Shown here: piece by piece, positions 38,841 to 53,604 of the stretch | Layout: every line of letters starts with the position of its first letter | How positions within the stretch are numbered: position 1 is the first letter of the stretch | Assembly: GCF_009914755.1 (NCBI RefSeq) | Contig: NC_060926.1 | Length of the DNA stretch: 64,000 bases | DNA from: the human T2T-CHM13v2.0 reference genome, Homo sapiens | Strand: one strand, 5' to 3' | Notes under the pieces: model-generated | The model's database searches: none | What the model saw: the letters and a program-made list of their open reading frames with translations, nothing else | Told to the model about the DNA's origin: nothing | Program-made: the position numbers and the translations under genes

Positions 38841-41800
38841 ACTAAAATTATGTTTTTGTCAGTTTCTCCTTATGTTCTGAGGAGTTTACATTTTAAATAT
38901 TTTAACATTATGTTATTTGGCACAGAAGTATTTATGGCTATCATATTATATTGTATTCTAACTTTTGTCAGTTTTAATCATATATGATACATTTGGTCCT
39001 TCCTCTGCCATCTGGTTATATTTTTATAAATGTATTTATAATTTATGTATAGACTTACAAATTACACCATACAAATTATTTTACAATTTTATTTTTAAAA
39101 TAACTTGTTTCCTTGTGACAGAATACAAATTTATCAGAGACATTATAAAATATAATGAACAAAAATAGAAAATATAATTTTCCAATGTTCTCTTAATCCA
39201 TCACTAACTTTGTAATTTCTTTGTTGAAGTTTTTCATAGCTATGTAATGTATAGTTTTATGTATAAGAATGAAATTTCAATGTAATATGGTTTTCTAGTC
39301 TTTGTTTTTCATTGAATGTGTAAAGACTTACATTCTTCAACTCGTAAGTTAAACTAACTCCTAGTGAAAACAGCTCCCAATCAACATTAAAATTTTGCGT
39401 CACTTGACCAATAGGACCTAATGGATATCTGCAGAATACTCTACCCATTAATAACAAAACAGACATTCTTCTCACGTGCACATCCAGTACTCTAAGATCA
39501 ACCACATGCTCGGCCATAAAGCCAGTCTCACTACATTTTTAAAAAATTGAAATCATACCAACCATACTCTTGGACCACAGTGGAGTAGACATACAAATCA
39601 ATACGAAGAAGATCTCTCAAAATCTCATAATTACATGGAAATTAAATAACTTGCTCCTGAATGACTTTTGGGTAAACAATAAAATTAAGACAGAAATAGA
39701 AATATTCTTTGAAATAAGTGAAAACAGAGACACAACATAACCAAAGTCTCTGGGATGCAGCAAAATCAGTGTCAAGAGGAAAGTTTATAGTGCTAATCAC
39801 CTACATCAAAAAGTTAGAAAGATCTCAAATTAAGGGTCTAAAGTCACACCCAGAGGAACTAGAAAAGCAAGAATAAACTAATCCCAAAGCTAGCAGAAGA
39901 AAAGAAACACTAAAATTAGAGCAGAACTGAAAGAAATTGAGACCCCAAAATCCACACAAAGAATCAACAAAACCAAAAATTGTTTTTTTGGAATGATAAA
40001 CAAGATTGACAGCCTTCTAGCTAGATTAACAAAGAGAAAAAGAGAGAAGCTCCAAATAACCATAGTAAGAAACGACAAAGGTGACATTACAGCTGGACCC
40101 ACAGAAATAAGAAAGATTCCCAGAGATTATTATGAACACAGCTATGCACACCAACTAGAAAATCTAGAGGAAATGGATAAATTCCTAGAAATACACAACC
40201 TCCCAAGATTGAATCAGGAAGAAATCAAAACTCTGAACAGATCAATATCAAATTCCAAATTTGAATCAGTAATAAAAAAAAAACCTACCAAATAAAAAAA
40301 AACCCAGGACAGATGGAGCCATAGCTGAATTCTACCAGATGTACATGAAGAGTGGGTAGAAATTCTACTGAAACTATTCCAAAAAATTGAGGAGGAGGGA
40401 CTCCTCCCTAACTGATACTCTGAAGCTAGTATCACTCTGAAACCAAAACCTGGTGAAGACACATCGAAAAAAGAGAACTAAAGGCCAATATCCCTAATAA
40501 ACATAGATGCAAAAATCCTGAACAAAATACTAGCAAACTGAATCCAACAGCACATGAAAAAGTTAATTTACCATGATCAAGTAGGCTTCAGTACCAGGAT
40601 GCAAGTTTGGTTCAACATACACAAATCAATAAATGCGATTTACCACATAAAAGAATGAAAACCAAAAGCCATATGATCATCTCAATAGACATGGAAAAAG
40701 CTTTCAATAAAATCCAACATCCCTTTATGATAAAATCCTTGAACAAACTAGGTATCAAAGGAACATACTTCAAAATAATGAGAGCCATCTATGACAAACC
40801 CATAGCCAACATCATACTGAATAAGCAAAAGCTGGAAGCGTTTCCATTAAGAACTGAAACAAGACAAGGATGCCTACTCTCACCGCTCCTATTCAACATA
40901 GTTCTGGAAGTCCTAGCCTGAGCAATCAGGCAAGAGAAAGAAATAAAAGGCATCAAATAGGGAAAGAAGCCAAATTATCTCTTTTGGCTGATAATGTGAT
41001 TCTGTACCTGGAAAACCCTAAAGATTCCACCAAAAGGCTCCTAGAAATGATATCTACTTCAATAAAGTTTCAGTATACAAAATCAATACACAAAAAGTCA
41101 GTAGCATTTCTATACACCAGTAATAATCAAGCTGATAGTCAAATCAAAAACATAATCCCATTTATAATAGACACACACACACACACACAGCCCCCTAGGA
41201 ATATGTCTCTGCAAGGAGAACTACAAAACACTGCTGAAAGAAATCATAGATGACAAATAAATGGAAAAATATTCCATGCTCATGGATTGAAAGAATCAAT
41301 ATCATTAAAATGGCCATACTGCCCAAAGCAATCTATAGATTCAATGCTATTCTTATCAAAACTACCAACATCATTTTTCACAGAATTAGAAAAAACAATC
41401 CTAAAATTCATATGGGACCAAAAAACAGCTCAAATAGCCAAGGTGATCCTAAGCAAAAAGAGCAAAGTTGGAGGCATCAAATTACCCAACTTTAAGCTAC
41501 AAACCCAAACAACATGGTGCTGGCACAAAAACAGACACATAGACCAAAGGAACAGAATAGAGAAGCCAGAAATAAAGATGCATACCTAGAGCCGTCAGAT
41601 CTTCTACAAAGTTGATGAAAATAAGCAATGGGGAAAGGACTTCCTATTCAATAAATGGTGCTGGGAGAGCCCGCTAGCCATATGCAGATGAGTGAAACTG
41701 GACCCTCTATCTTTTACTGTATACAAAAAGTAACTCAAGATGGATTAAAGATTTAAATGTAAGACTTCAAACTATACAAATCCTAGAAGAAAACCTAGGA

Positions 41801-42017
41801 ACTACCATTCTGGCCTTGGGAAAGAATTTATGACTAGGTATTCAAAAGCAATTGCAACAAAACCAAAAATTGACAAGTGGGACCTAATTAAACTAGAGAG
41901 CCTCTGCACAACACAGCAAAAGAAACTATCAACAGAGTAAACAGAAAACCTACAGGATGGGAGAAAATATTCACAAAGTATGCATCTGAAAAAGGCCTAG
42001 TATCCAGAATCTATAAG

Positions 42018-42415
42018 TGTATTAGTGTATTCTTGCATTGCTATAAAGAAGTACCTGAGCCTGGGTAATTTATAAAGAAAAGAGGTTTAATTGGCTCACG
42101 GTTCTGCAGGCTGTACAGGAACCATGGCAGCATCTGCTTCTGGGGAGGCCTCAGGAAGCTTACAGTCTGCCCCTGCGCTCTCTTGCTCCTGTTTTCACCA
42201 TGGGATGTGCCTGCTCCCCTTTCTTCTTCTGCCATGACCAGATCTCACAATAACTGACCCACTATCATGGGGACAGTACCAACTGAAATGGTGCTAAAGC
42301 ATTCAGGAGAAATCTGCCCCCATGATCCAGTGACCTCCCACCAGGTTCCACCTCCAACATTGGGGATAACATTTCAATATGAGATTTGGGCAGAGACAAC
42401 ATCCACACTATATCG
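42018..42415 (-). mobile_element. MSTA-like solo LTR with an internal inversion
   Basis: tgtattagtgtattcttgcattgctataaagaa...catccacactatatc; perfect 5-bp TSD ataag. Confidence 0.92.
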
Positions 42416-42492
42416 ATAAGGAACTTAAATAATTCAAAAAGCAATAAAAAAAACATTAAGAAGTGGGCAAAAGACATGAACACACACTTCTC

Positions 42493-42526
42493 ACACTTGA
42501 TCTTAGCCAAAAGGCTGAAACGTGAT
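42493..42526 (-). pseudogene. U2 snRNA 5'-fragment retropseudogene (34 nt, tailless)
   Basis: Reverse complement ATCACGTTTCAGCCTTTTGGCTAAGATCAAGTGT matches U2 nt 1-34 at 30/34; TSD gaacacacacttctc at 42478-42492 and 42527-42541. Confidence 0.93.
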
Positions 42527-43383
42527 GAACACACACTTCTCAAAAGAGGACGCGCAGGTGACCATCAAACACGAAAAAATGCTCAACATCATTAATCTTC
42601 ATATAAATGCAAATCAAAACTACAGTGGGCTACCATCTCACACCAATCAGAATGGCTCTTATTAAAAAGTAAAAAAAAAAAATAAAAAAATTCGCTGCTG
42701 GTAAGCAGCAGAGAAAAGGGAATGCTTATACACTGTTGATGGGAATGTAAATTAGTTCAGCCACTATGGAAAGCAGTCTGGAGATTTCTCAAAGAACTTA
42801 AAACAGAAATACTATTTGACCCCGCAATCCCATTACTGGGCATATATCCAAGGAAAAGAAATCATTCTACCAAAAAGATGCATGCACTCGTATGTTCATC
42901 ACAGCACCAGTCACAATAGCAAAGGCATGGAATCAACCTAGGTGCCCATCAATGGTGGATTGGAATAAGAAAATGTGGTACATATATACCATGGAATACT
43001 ACACAGCCATAAAAAAGAATGAAATAATGTCCTGTGCAGCAACATGGATGCAGCTGGAGTCCATTATCCTAAGTGAATTAACATAGAAACAGAAAACCAA
43101 ATACCACATGTTCTCACTGATAAGTGTGAGCTAGACATTGGGTACACATGGAAATAAAGATGGAGACTCTATCTAGGGGAGGATGGGAAGGAAGCAAGTG
43201 TTGAGAAACTGTTGGGTATAGTGTTCACTACCTGGGTGGATGGGATCATTTGTACACCAAACCTCATTGCCACACAATGTATCCATGTAACAAACCTGAA
43301 CATGTACCCCCTGAATCTAAAATAAAAGTTGAAATTATAGAAATAATTTCACGTCATTAGGTTTTCATCTAGAACATGATTTT

Positions 43384-43685
<302 letters not shown>

Positions 43686-44015
43686 TGATTTTTAATGCAG
43701 TGTACTATTCTACCTTATATGCATACTGTCTTTTTTTGCCCCTCTTTATTTTGGCTTTTATGCTTTTTTGTTGTTTGTTTGTTTTAAGCACACCCTCACT
43801 GCTTGCTAGCACTCAGGAGGTTCTCACTCTCATTTTTTCCTATTGAGGAGAACCCATGTGTGATTAAACATTTAGCATGCATTCACTTTTCCCCTTTACC
43901 AGTCCTATTTCTGTGACTTTGGGATTCTAGAAAGATTGTTTTTAAATCACAATTTAGTATATTGAGATTTTTTTTTGGTACCTTTTAAGAACAATTGCTT
44001 TGGCATTTACACTGA

Positions 44016-44317
<302 letters not shown>

Positions 44318-44848
44318 TGCATTGATTGTATTACTCCCATTTACAGTTTATTGGACCGAATGCCTTTGTTTATGGGGTTTCTTACTTATCACCACCCTTT
44401 GCTGCCATGTTTGCCCCCTCTTGTGCTACTTTCTCTAACTTGCCTCTGCTGGCTGGAGTTTGCAGATGGAATGATGGAATGGCGTTGCGGGGATGTTGTA
44501 TCCTCCTGGCCCCTCCATCTGAGACTGTCTTTCCACGGCCTTTTCTTGTGGCCGACACCTGGGCTGGGTATGGAAATCTTGGGCACAATGTCCCTACAGA
44601 GCTTGCTGGAATGTGCTTCGTGGGCTTCTGGAGTTTTCTCTGGCATCACCTGAGGCCCATTCATCTTTCTTCCTTCTGTGCTCACCTCTGTCCCTCTCTT
44701 GCCACCCCTCCTTGTTCTCCTTTCTCAGGTCACACCTGCCTTCCTCAGTTCTTCAAGTAGTTCCTTCCTCTCCCCTCCCATATTCTCCCCTCTGCCAGGA
44801 ACTGGACCTCATGCACCACCTCAATGTCAGAGCTCACCATAATCTTCA

Positions 44849-44940
44849 GTCAAGCTGGTCTCAAACTCCCAGCCTCAAGTGATCTGCCCACCTCAGCCTC
44901 CCAAAGTGCTGGGATTGCAGGCATAAGCCACCGCGCCCGG
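44849..44940 (-). mobile_element. Alu left-arm/FLAM fragment
   Basis: gctggtctcaaactcccagcctcaagtgatctgccc...gccaccgcgcccgg, with no tail. Confidence 0.85.
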
Positions 44941-45494
44941 AAAATTCCTGCAAAAAACTTTTGATCAGGTCTTCCCTAACATGTCGTTTGCAGCAGGGCA
45001 TGGGTATTGTGCTGTGTTTTATAAGAATGTAACACAATCCACGCCATAGAAATCCAGAGGCAGAGCTTTCTGGAGACCACTGGAAATATTCCCAATGTGG
45101 AAGAAGAGTGTGTAGAATTATTTCACAAAGTGGTAGTGAGAGAGAAAAAATTCATGTACCCAAGACCTTTATTGTTATTGATGTATTTCTAGGTGCTTCT
45201 TAGCTTTGTGGAACATCTGGAATAAATACTCAAAGCTCACTCATTCCTGACCCTTCCTCTTGAATGTCCTGAACGTTGGCTTCTCTACAAGTCTTCACAA
45301 CTGTGTTCTTGAAATATGTTCTCAAATGTGATAGTGATTATGACTACACAATGACAGCTTGCCCAGGCAAAAGGTTAATAGGTCAGTAAAATGTTAAAGT
45401 GCTTAATTAATGCTTATAAAATTCCAAAATATGTCCACTGATGCCACAATAATTCACTCAGCGTTCTACACAAAAACATTGTCATTATTTATAA

Positions 45495-46075
45495 CAGGGG
45501 TTGGCAAACCTGGCCAATGGCCTATTTTTGTAAATAAAGTTTTATTAGTACACAGCTATACCTACTTGTTTACCCTTTGTGGCTGCTTTCATGCCACAAG
45601 GGTGGAGTTGAGTAGTTGCAGCAGGGACCAGATGTGATGGTTGGTGTTATGCACCAACTTGATTGGGCCAGAGGTTGCCCAGATATGTGGTTAAACATTA
45701 TTTCTGGTGTGTCTGCAAGTTTGTGGAAGTGCCTGGTGTTTCTGGAAGAGTTGAACATTTAAATGGTGGACTAAGTCAGATGGCCCTCCCCAGTGTGGGT
45801 GGGTGCATCCAATCCATTGAAGGCATGAATAGAATAAAATAGTGGAGGAAGGTTGACTTTGCTCTCTGCCTGATCTCTTGGGCTGGAACGTGGTTCTCCT
45901 GCCCTCACTACTCTTTGTTCTCGGGATCTTAGACCAGGACTGGAATTGACTCCATCGGTTCTCCCACACTCAGGCCCTCAAATTACATGGGCTTTCCTGG
46001 GTCTCCAGCCTGCAGGTGGCAGATCATGGGACTGCTCAGCCTTCAGCCTTCCTAACCGTGAGTCAATTCCTTAGA

Positions 46076-46152
<77 letters not shown>

Positions 46153-46153
46153 C

Positions 46154-46188
<35 letters not shown>

Positions 46189-46294
46189 TTCAATTGGTCC
46201 TACATCTCTGGAGAACCCTGACTAATACACTGTATGACTTGCAAAGCTAGAATATTTACTATCTGGCCCTTTACAGAAGAAGTTTCCACTTCTG
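45495..46294 (+). mobile_element. MER58A split by an MLT2 LTR
   Basis: caggggttggcaaac...gtaaataaagttttatt... and tatttactatctggccctttacagaagaagttt on the far side. Confidence 0.85.
45633..46229 (+). mobile_element. MLT2 (B-D-like, ERVL) solo LTR containing (TA)n(TG)n at about 46076-46186
   Basis: tgtgatggtt...caacttgattgggcca...ctctggagaaccctgactaataca termini. Confidence 0.9.
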
Positions 46295-46689
46295 CTCTAT
46301 GTCCAGTATAGGCAGTAGTTATCTTTAGCTCAGAGACACGCAGCTAGAGATGAAGAGTTTGAACACGGTTTATGAGGGTGGCAAGAATGAAAATCCTCTT
46401 TATATAACAAAAGAAAATGAAAACCAAAAACAAAACAAAGAACTCTGATTTGCTCCCGAGTGTCTATTCTGGTGTTTATTATTGAATGATGTTTTTCCAT
46501 AAGCACATGATGATGGCTAAAAAAAAAAAAGTTTCTGAGGAGGTGATTTTCCATAAACAGAGTGCCTTCTCCAACTGGAGTCATCCTAAGCAACAGAGGA
46601 CACATCAGAAATGTTACTTAACCTGTGTTTTGTGACCTAGTTTTCATGTGGATTGAAGAAAGTGTTCATGTAATCTCCGAAGACGAGAC

Positions 46690-46825
46690 CTGGTCTTGGA
46701 GTCTGAAGACCTGGGTTTGTGGCCCAGTAACACAACCACTCCGTGACCACAGCTGAGGTGGGCGCCCCACATGGCCTTGGTTTCCACTCTGTACAATGGA
46801 CCCTCTGTGAAGTAGCCTTCTGACA
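46690..46825 (+). mobile_element. MIR fragment
   Basis: cttggagtctgaagacctgggttt...ggccttggtttccactctgtacaatgga. Confidence 0.55.
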
Positions 46826-47983
46826 TCCCTTCCACCTCTGAAAGCCTGACCCTATGGTTCCAATCTAATGGAAATGTCGGCCTCCTTCTGACTCTACCCC
46901 TGAGAATGTGATGGTGTGGGGTTAAAATAAGGAAGCTCTACGTGCTAAATCCCCTCGTTGTAATGTATGTTGCACATAACTTCTGAGGAAATGGTTATTC
47001 AGTTTCACCAAGTAGGTGAGGAGATGTGGCCAGCATTTGGGCGTAACAGCTAAAGCTCTTGTGGAAACAGGGGGCTCTGACCTCGGAGAGACCAACTCGA
47101 AGGTTGGCTTGGACCAGGGACACGCAGTGTGCCTGAATCTGTTTTGTATTTAGAAAAATATTTACAGTGAATCCATGATTTTATTCATAACACACTCATT
47201 GCAGATGATTTTAATTGTGTAATTTTTAAATGTCTGCAAATCCCAACACCTCTCCAGCCTCCAGCACGGTTCTGCTCCGAGTGGTGTGTCTGTTTTGGTT
47301 CCTAATTTAACAGTCCACAGGTCCTGGGTCTCTGGAATACTGGGGAGTCTGGGTGGGGGAACAGCAGCGATGAGGCATCCACACAACAGCATGATTCTAT
47401 TCCTTGGAGTAAGCAGATTGCAGTTTGCGCAGCACACTGCCAGGGGCACCTCAAATTGGGGCCACGTGGCTTTGAGGTTGCATTCACCTCCTGATAGAGC
47501 GGCTGAGAGGTTAAATAAGATAAAGATTTAAAATGTTCATGCAGCCTGGCTCTCAGTGACAGCTCAGTTACGGCAGAGGGAAGGCCGTTGGAAAAGAGCG
47601 GAGAGATATCCCATTGTATCTGGGTGTGTGCATTTATTTTGATTAAGGGACTGTGGAAATCAATGTGTGGATTAGAATTCTGAGAGCCTGAGGATTTCAG
47701 TGGCTCATCCAGTGGCCACATGGGTAATTAAGGGTAGAATGGTCTGTAATCTTTTCTTCCGTTTAATTGAAAATCTATTGAAAGAGCAGAGTGTCCTGAT
47801 CAGTGTCCCTTAATGACACTCATGAAAAGCCTGAACTCTTTGGCATTGTAACCACAGCCTGGACTTCATGTCCACCTGGAGGCCTCGTGGCAGGTGCAGG
47901 CAGGAGGCTTAGGAGGAGAGGCAGAGCACGGGGGGCTCGCACACTCAAACCCGTAAACCTGTGGCAAAAATCATGCAGATCTT

Positions 47984-48332
<349 letters not shown>

Positions 48333-49188
48333 TCACTAAGGCCATGCCAATCACCTTCGTTAATTGCTGATGACAAGGTAAGGGAATTAGACTTACTAAC
48401 TCTAAGTAAATGTAAGGCAGAAGCTTACGTGAGAGCAGCAGGAAGTTGGGACGTTCAAGGCTGACTGTGGCTGTTCCCTCCTGGGAAACCGCAGGTCTCG
48501 CTTCAGGCCAGGTCTTGTTCCAGGTGAGGTCTTGGCATCTTCTATCAGATCCGGGAAGAACATGCCCAGTGATTCTGAGAGACTGCATCGTCCTGTACCC
48601 TCTGGGACTGGTATTAGTCCAATGCAGAATTTCCTGAACTTGGTTCTGTTGAGCAGTCTTCTGGGACCCATCAACAGATGGCTTCCCCACTGTCACTACC
48701 ACTCACACGCAAAGGATCCTTGTGGTCAAACAAGTCTGGAAATGGTATATTCCATTTACCTCCCTCAGCTTGACTGTGCTTATTAGCACACTGAAGGCTT
48801 GGAGCACTCCTGCAGCAAAGTGTTTAACTTTGGGTTACAGGAGCCTTCTCAAACTTTTTGGAGCCAATACACTGTTTCGCATAGCACCACAGTGAGCATC
48901 AACTCTTCTGCAGACTCCAGTGTGGGAAGCACTGTTGGAACAAAATCCATGTTCCACTCCCGTGTCCTAAAAATGTTGTTTCTCCCATGAAATCTAGTCT
49001 CTTTTTCTTTTTAGGGTATATTAGTTTCAACTGGGTGAAAGCCTGGAGTTACTTGGCATTTGATAACTTTTAATTTGTTCCATATTTTACTTTGAACAGC
49101 ATATTACTTTTTATGCTCCTATTCACTTATGGAAAAATAAAATTGCCCTTGCTATTTCACAGGGAGCACACAGTTCATTGCTTAATGA

Positions 49189-49564
<376 letters not shown>

Positions 49565-51377
49565 CGATAATAGTTCTCAGTCGGCTGGAAATCTGTGTTT
49601 AGGGGCATGCTTGCAAGGGGGCTTGCACCATTGCAGGCACAGGGAGGGAGGGCTGGCTGGGCAGGCACTTGGAGCCCCCTGAGAGTGAACAGCACACACC
49701 TGACGTGGAGCTGATTCCGGCCTGGCCTTCCCTGTTGAGCTCCGAGGCGTCTATCCATGGTGAAGTCTAAGAATGCCTAATAGTGGCGGAAGGGGCGGCT
49801 GAGGGTTAGTAAAAGAGGCCCAGGAATACACGGTGCAGAGGAAGATGGCGATCTGGGACAGGAGGAGGAGTGCTTGGTCACTGCTTCCTCCCACCAGGTG
49901 CCCACTGCCATCTCTGCCTCCCCAGGCTCTGTGTGGAGCCGGGCATACAATTGATTAAACTAATGTGCAGATCATCAGTGCAGTGCCGTGGGTAGAAATA
50001 TAACTTTTTAAGCCAGAGAGACGTGGGTTTGAACAGACAGTTCCCCACAGTGAGACCCTGGGTGAGGTCACGGGACCATTTATAGCTCTGTTTCTGCGTT
50101 TGCAGCAAGTGATAACTTCTGCCTTGCAGGTTACTGTGAGGAGGAAATGGCATGTTACAAGCCTGGGCATTGTGATGACGGGGCACGTGGCAAGACTATG
50201 TGGCATCTATTCAGGCTGGGGCCTTGGGGACATCCTTGCCTCCTGCCAGGCCTTCTCCTGGGCAGGAACAACCCCCAGGCTTTGAAATTCCTACCCTTGG
50301 TCAGTGCCTCTGGCTGCTCAGTTTATTGATCAAACATGGGATTGTTGGGCCCAGAGGAGACAGTTGTTCAGCCCAGCACGGGCCAATACCTCTTCTTTTA
50401 GTTATAAAAGTGCTCCTGGGTTTAATTAGGGCTGACACTGAATATTACTCAGAGACAGGCGTGAGGGAGGTTAAGCAGAACTGATGGCACATCAACTACT
50501 TAACCAAAGGCAGAAAGGCCTTGGAATCCAGGGACTGGCGCCCCTCGCCAGCTCCACTGCTGATGGGCAGGAGACCAGGCTGAGGCCGCCTATCTCATTA
50601 GGACCATCCAGGACCTGAGCATGTGTCACCAACCTTTTGATTTTATTTTTAGCTGATTTCTAATTGTTTTTACGTCGCCCCAGTTCTGTGTGTATTTAGA
50701 AGTGTCTGTAGGAATGACATGGCTGCTATTTTTGGAGGGCTGGTTTGGCTTTGGGTGTGACGTCCTTCACCAACACGGTGGAGAGGCACAGTAGTGGCTC
50801 CCCCATTTGACAGAGGAGACTGTGGCTCAGGTACACGTGCCAGCAAGTGGCAGAGCCAGGGCTCGACCCAACTTGGAGATCATTCAATGCCTGGAATATT
50901 GACCACTGCCTGCAGCAGGGATTCTCAGCCTGCACCGCCCAGGAGAGCGGCCTTTCTGGACGCTGCCCATACGGGGAGCTCCACGCTCTTCCGGTGAACA
51001 GCGGTGGTGCTGGCCGTGCCGAGGGTGAGGGGGTACTGAGGGGCCAGGGCCATGAGCTGTCCACCCAGACGCCGGGGAGGAGGCAATGAGGCTGAGCTGG
51101 CTCTCAAGGGCACTGGCCCTGGGGAGGGGAAAGCCATGCCAGCCTCGGGGATGGCGAGTACCGTCAAAATGCCCCACGCACCTGGAGAGCATGTGCAGGG
51201 ACCTGGTCATGCCCAAAGGAGGTCCCTCTCCGGGACCACTTCATGTGGCCACAGGACACCTTCTTCAGGTGGGATCTCAGGTAGACATCTGTCCTTTCCC
51301 ACTTGAAGTACAGAGTGAGGGGCTGGAGCCCCATCCATCGGCTTAGCCAGATCCCGACACTCTCCTGACCAGGGATG

Positions 51378-51562
51378 CGTGTGCGGTGTGTTTATGATGT
51401 TTGTGAATGTGATGTGTGTGGTGTATGTAGTATGTGTGCTATGGATGTGTGTGTGATGTGTGTGTAGTGTGTGATGTGTGTGGTATATGCAGTGTGTATG
51501 GGATATGTGTTATGTGTGTGTTGTGTGTTGTGGGTGTGCATGCATGAAGGGGGTGTGTGTGG
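51378..51562. repeat. Degenerate (TG)n low-complexity tract
   Basis: Read directly. Confidence 0.9.
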
Positions 51563-51845
51563 GGGAGTCCTCCAGATACTACACAGAAGCCCTCAGGCCC
51601 CAACAAGCAGCCGTATTTGCTGTGCTGAGAGGCCATGGAAGCTTCGGGATCCAAGGCTGTGAACGATTATTCTATTCAATATTAACTTTTTTTCTAGAGT
51701 TTTCCAAAGTAAAATCTTACTCTTTTATAAAAGAAAAGGCCCCTCTGTTACTCATATTCTTTTGTGTTCTTCCCCTCATCTCACTAGATGAAGCTCAGAG
51801 AGTGCTTGCCGGGTCAGCGGCCGGATGCCCAGTGCGTTGTCTACG

Positions 51846-52148
51846 TTGTCAGTCAGTTCAGCAGTCGCCTTCCTTGTCAGTCAGTTCAGCGTGTCGCCTT
51901 CCTTGTCAGTCGGTTCAGCGCGTCGCCTTCCTTGTCAGTCGGTTCAGCGCGTCGCCTTCCTTGTCAGTCGGTTCAGCGTGTCACCTTGTCAGTCGGTTCA
52001 GCACGTCGCCTTCCTTGTCAGTCAGTTCAGCATGTCGCCTTCCTTGTCAGTCAGTTCAGCGCGTCACCTTGTCAGTCAGTTCAGCGTGTCGCCTTCCTTG
52101 TCAGTCAGTTCAGTGCGTCGCCTTCCTTGTCAGTCAGTTTGCCCTTCC
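51846..52148. repeat. 29-bp minisatellite, 10 units plus a partial unit
   Basis: Unit ttgtcagtc(a/g)gttcagcgYgtcgccttcc; unit lengths 28,29,29,29,25,29,29,25,29,29 and a partial. Confidence 0.97.
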
Positions 52149-53604
52149 TAGATGTTGGTCATGGCGGATCCTTACCAGTACGTGTTCCATTCATTTTTAT
52201 ATACATTTTACACGTACATCACTCAATGTATACTTTAGATATTGGTAAAGCTTAATTTCTTGTTTGTAAAAACCTAATATTTTCCCTGTACCCTGGAGAG
52301 TTACCTTGTGCCTGCAGGGTGTCGCTTCTTATCTGGGGGCCACTGGCCCAGGAACTCAACTGGTCCCATGTTGTTGCTTCTAATTACATCACCTCAGATT
52401 CATGTGCATTGAATTTTCACCTCCCAGCCAGCAGTAAATATAGTTAAGTAAAATGCAAATAACATATCTCAGTCCAGACTACTCACGAGAAAAACCTACA
52501 GTAAAAAACACCCTGGCCGAATCCTTTGAATCTAACGGCTTCAGAATCGTGCTCTCCAGCACTGGGGAGTCGGCTGTCACAGAGACACCTGCAGCTCCCG
52601 CGAAGGCCACATCACCACCTCCTCCTGCCCTCCGTGTGTTCTCCTCCTCAGTGGATGAGACCCTCGGCTCAGAGGGACCCTAAGCTCTTTCTCCTTCCTC
52701 ATTCCCTCTGTCTGGTTAACCTCATTTACTGCCTCGATATTCTTCAGGTGGCTCCATCATTACCAGCATGACCTTAGTTTCAGATGCCAGCGGGTCTAGC
52801 CTGGGCACCCAATACCCCAGAATCCTCCATTTGTGGGTAGACCCGGCTGGTTTACAGAGTTTTCTCCAAGAGCCGACACGACTTTCCAGCTGTGCTGGGG
52901 TCCCCTCTAACAGCAGAGAGGTGACTGTGACCATTCGCAATGCAGGGAGGCCCCACAAACTCCACTGTTTCGGACAGATGACCCTGCAGCCATCAGATTT
53001 GCATCATAGAGCTTGGTGTCAGGAAGGGACTCTGGGAGACTAGTGGATGTGACTAGAGGGAGGAGGGGCCGAGGTCACCCCTCCAATGAGAGTCATGTCT
53101 CCCAGCTTGTCCCATTCCTCCTCCATCGCGGCAGCACTACGAGTGCTGGAAGGAGGGCACATGGTGGTTTCATCCCACAGACATGGACGGGGCATCTTTA
53201 ATGTCCTTCCCCAGAGTAAAGAGTCAGGTGGTTTTTGTGTTGACTGATCCCATTTAGAGGGAAGGGCTCCTTTGGGTCTGAGACAGCACACACTGGGAGG
53301 CGGGGCAGGCACAGGCATGGGGGCACCTTGCAGTGAGCAAACAGAGAGGTGAAGCCATTTGTCTGGGCCCACGTGGGATAAAGGCCTTGCTGAGGCTACC
53401 ATCTTGGGTAACCATGCCAACCTGCCCTCCCTTTTCTAAGGGCAGGGCAAAGGCAACCCAGCCTCTTGTGGGCTCCGTTCTGTCTTGGGCCTGCGTTCAC
53501 GTCCAGCTGGAGAGAGGGTCAAATGCAGGCAGCTGGCATTTTAGGGACTCCCCAGTGTTTGAAAGCAGCTCAGCACTTTCATATGAGTTTGGAGAATGGG
53601 GTCT

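Larger units (their letters stand above)
39401..43343 (+). mobile_element. 5'-truncated L1PA15/16-type element
   Basis: ORF2 peptides (39993.., 40607.., 41250..) and 3' end tgtaccccctgaatctaaaataaaagttgaaatta. Confidence 0.92.

Noticed and set aside
51846-52148. CRISPR-like array of ~29-bp repeats
   Set aside because: Units are directly adjacent with no unique spacers, there are no cas genes, and the DNA is primate; it is a minisatellite.
51478-52255. 256-aa and 155-aa ORFs
   Set aside because: They are translations of the (TG)n tract and the minisatellite.
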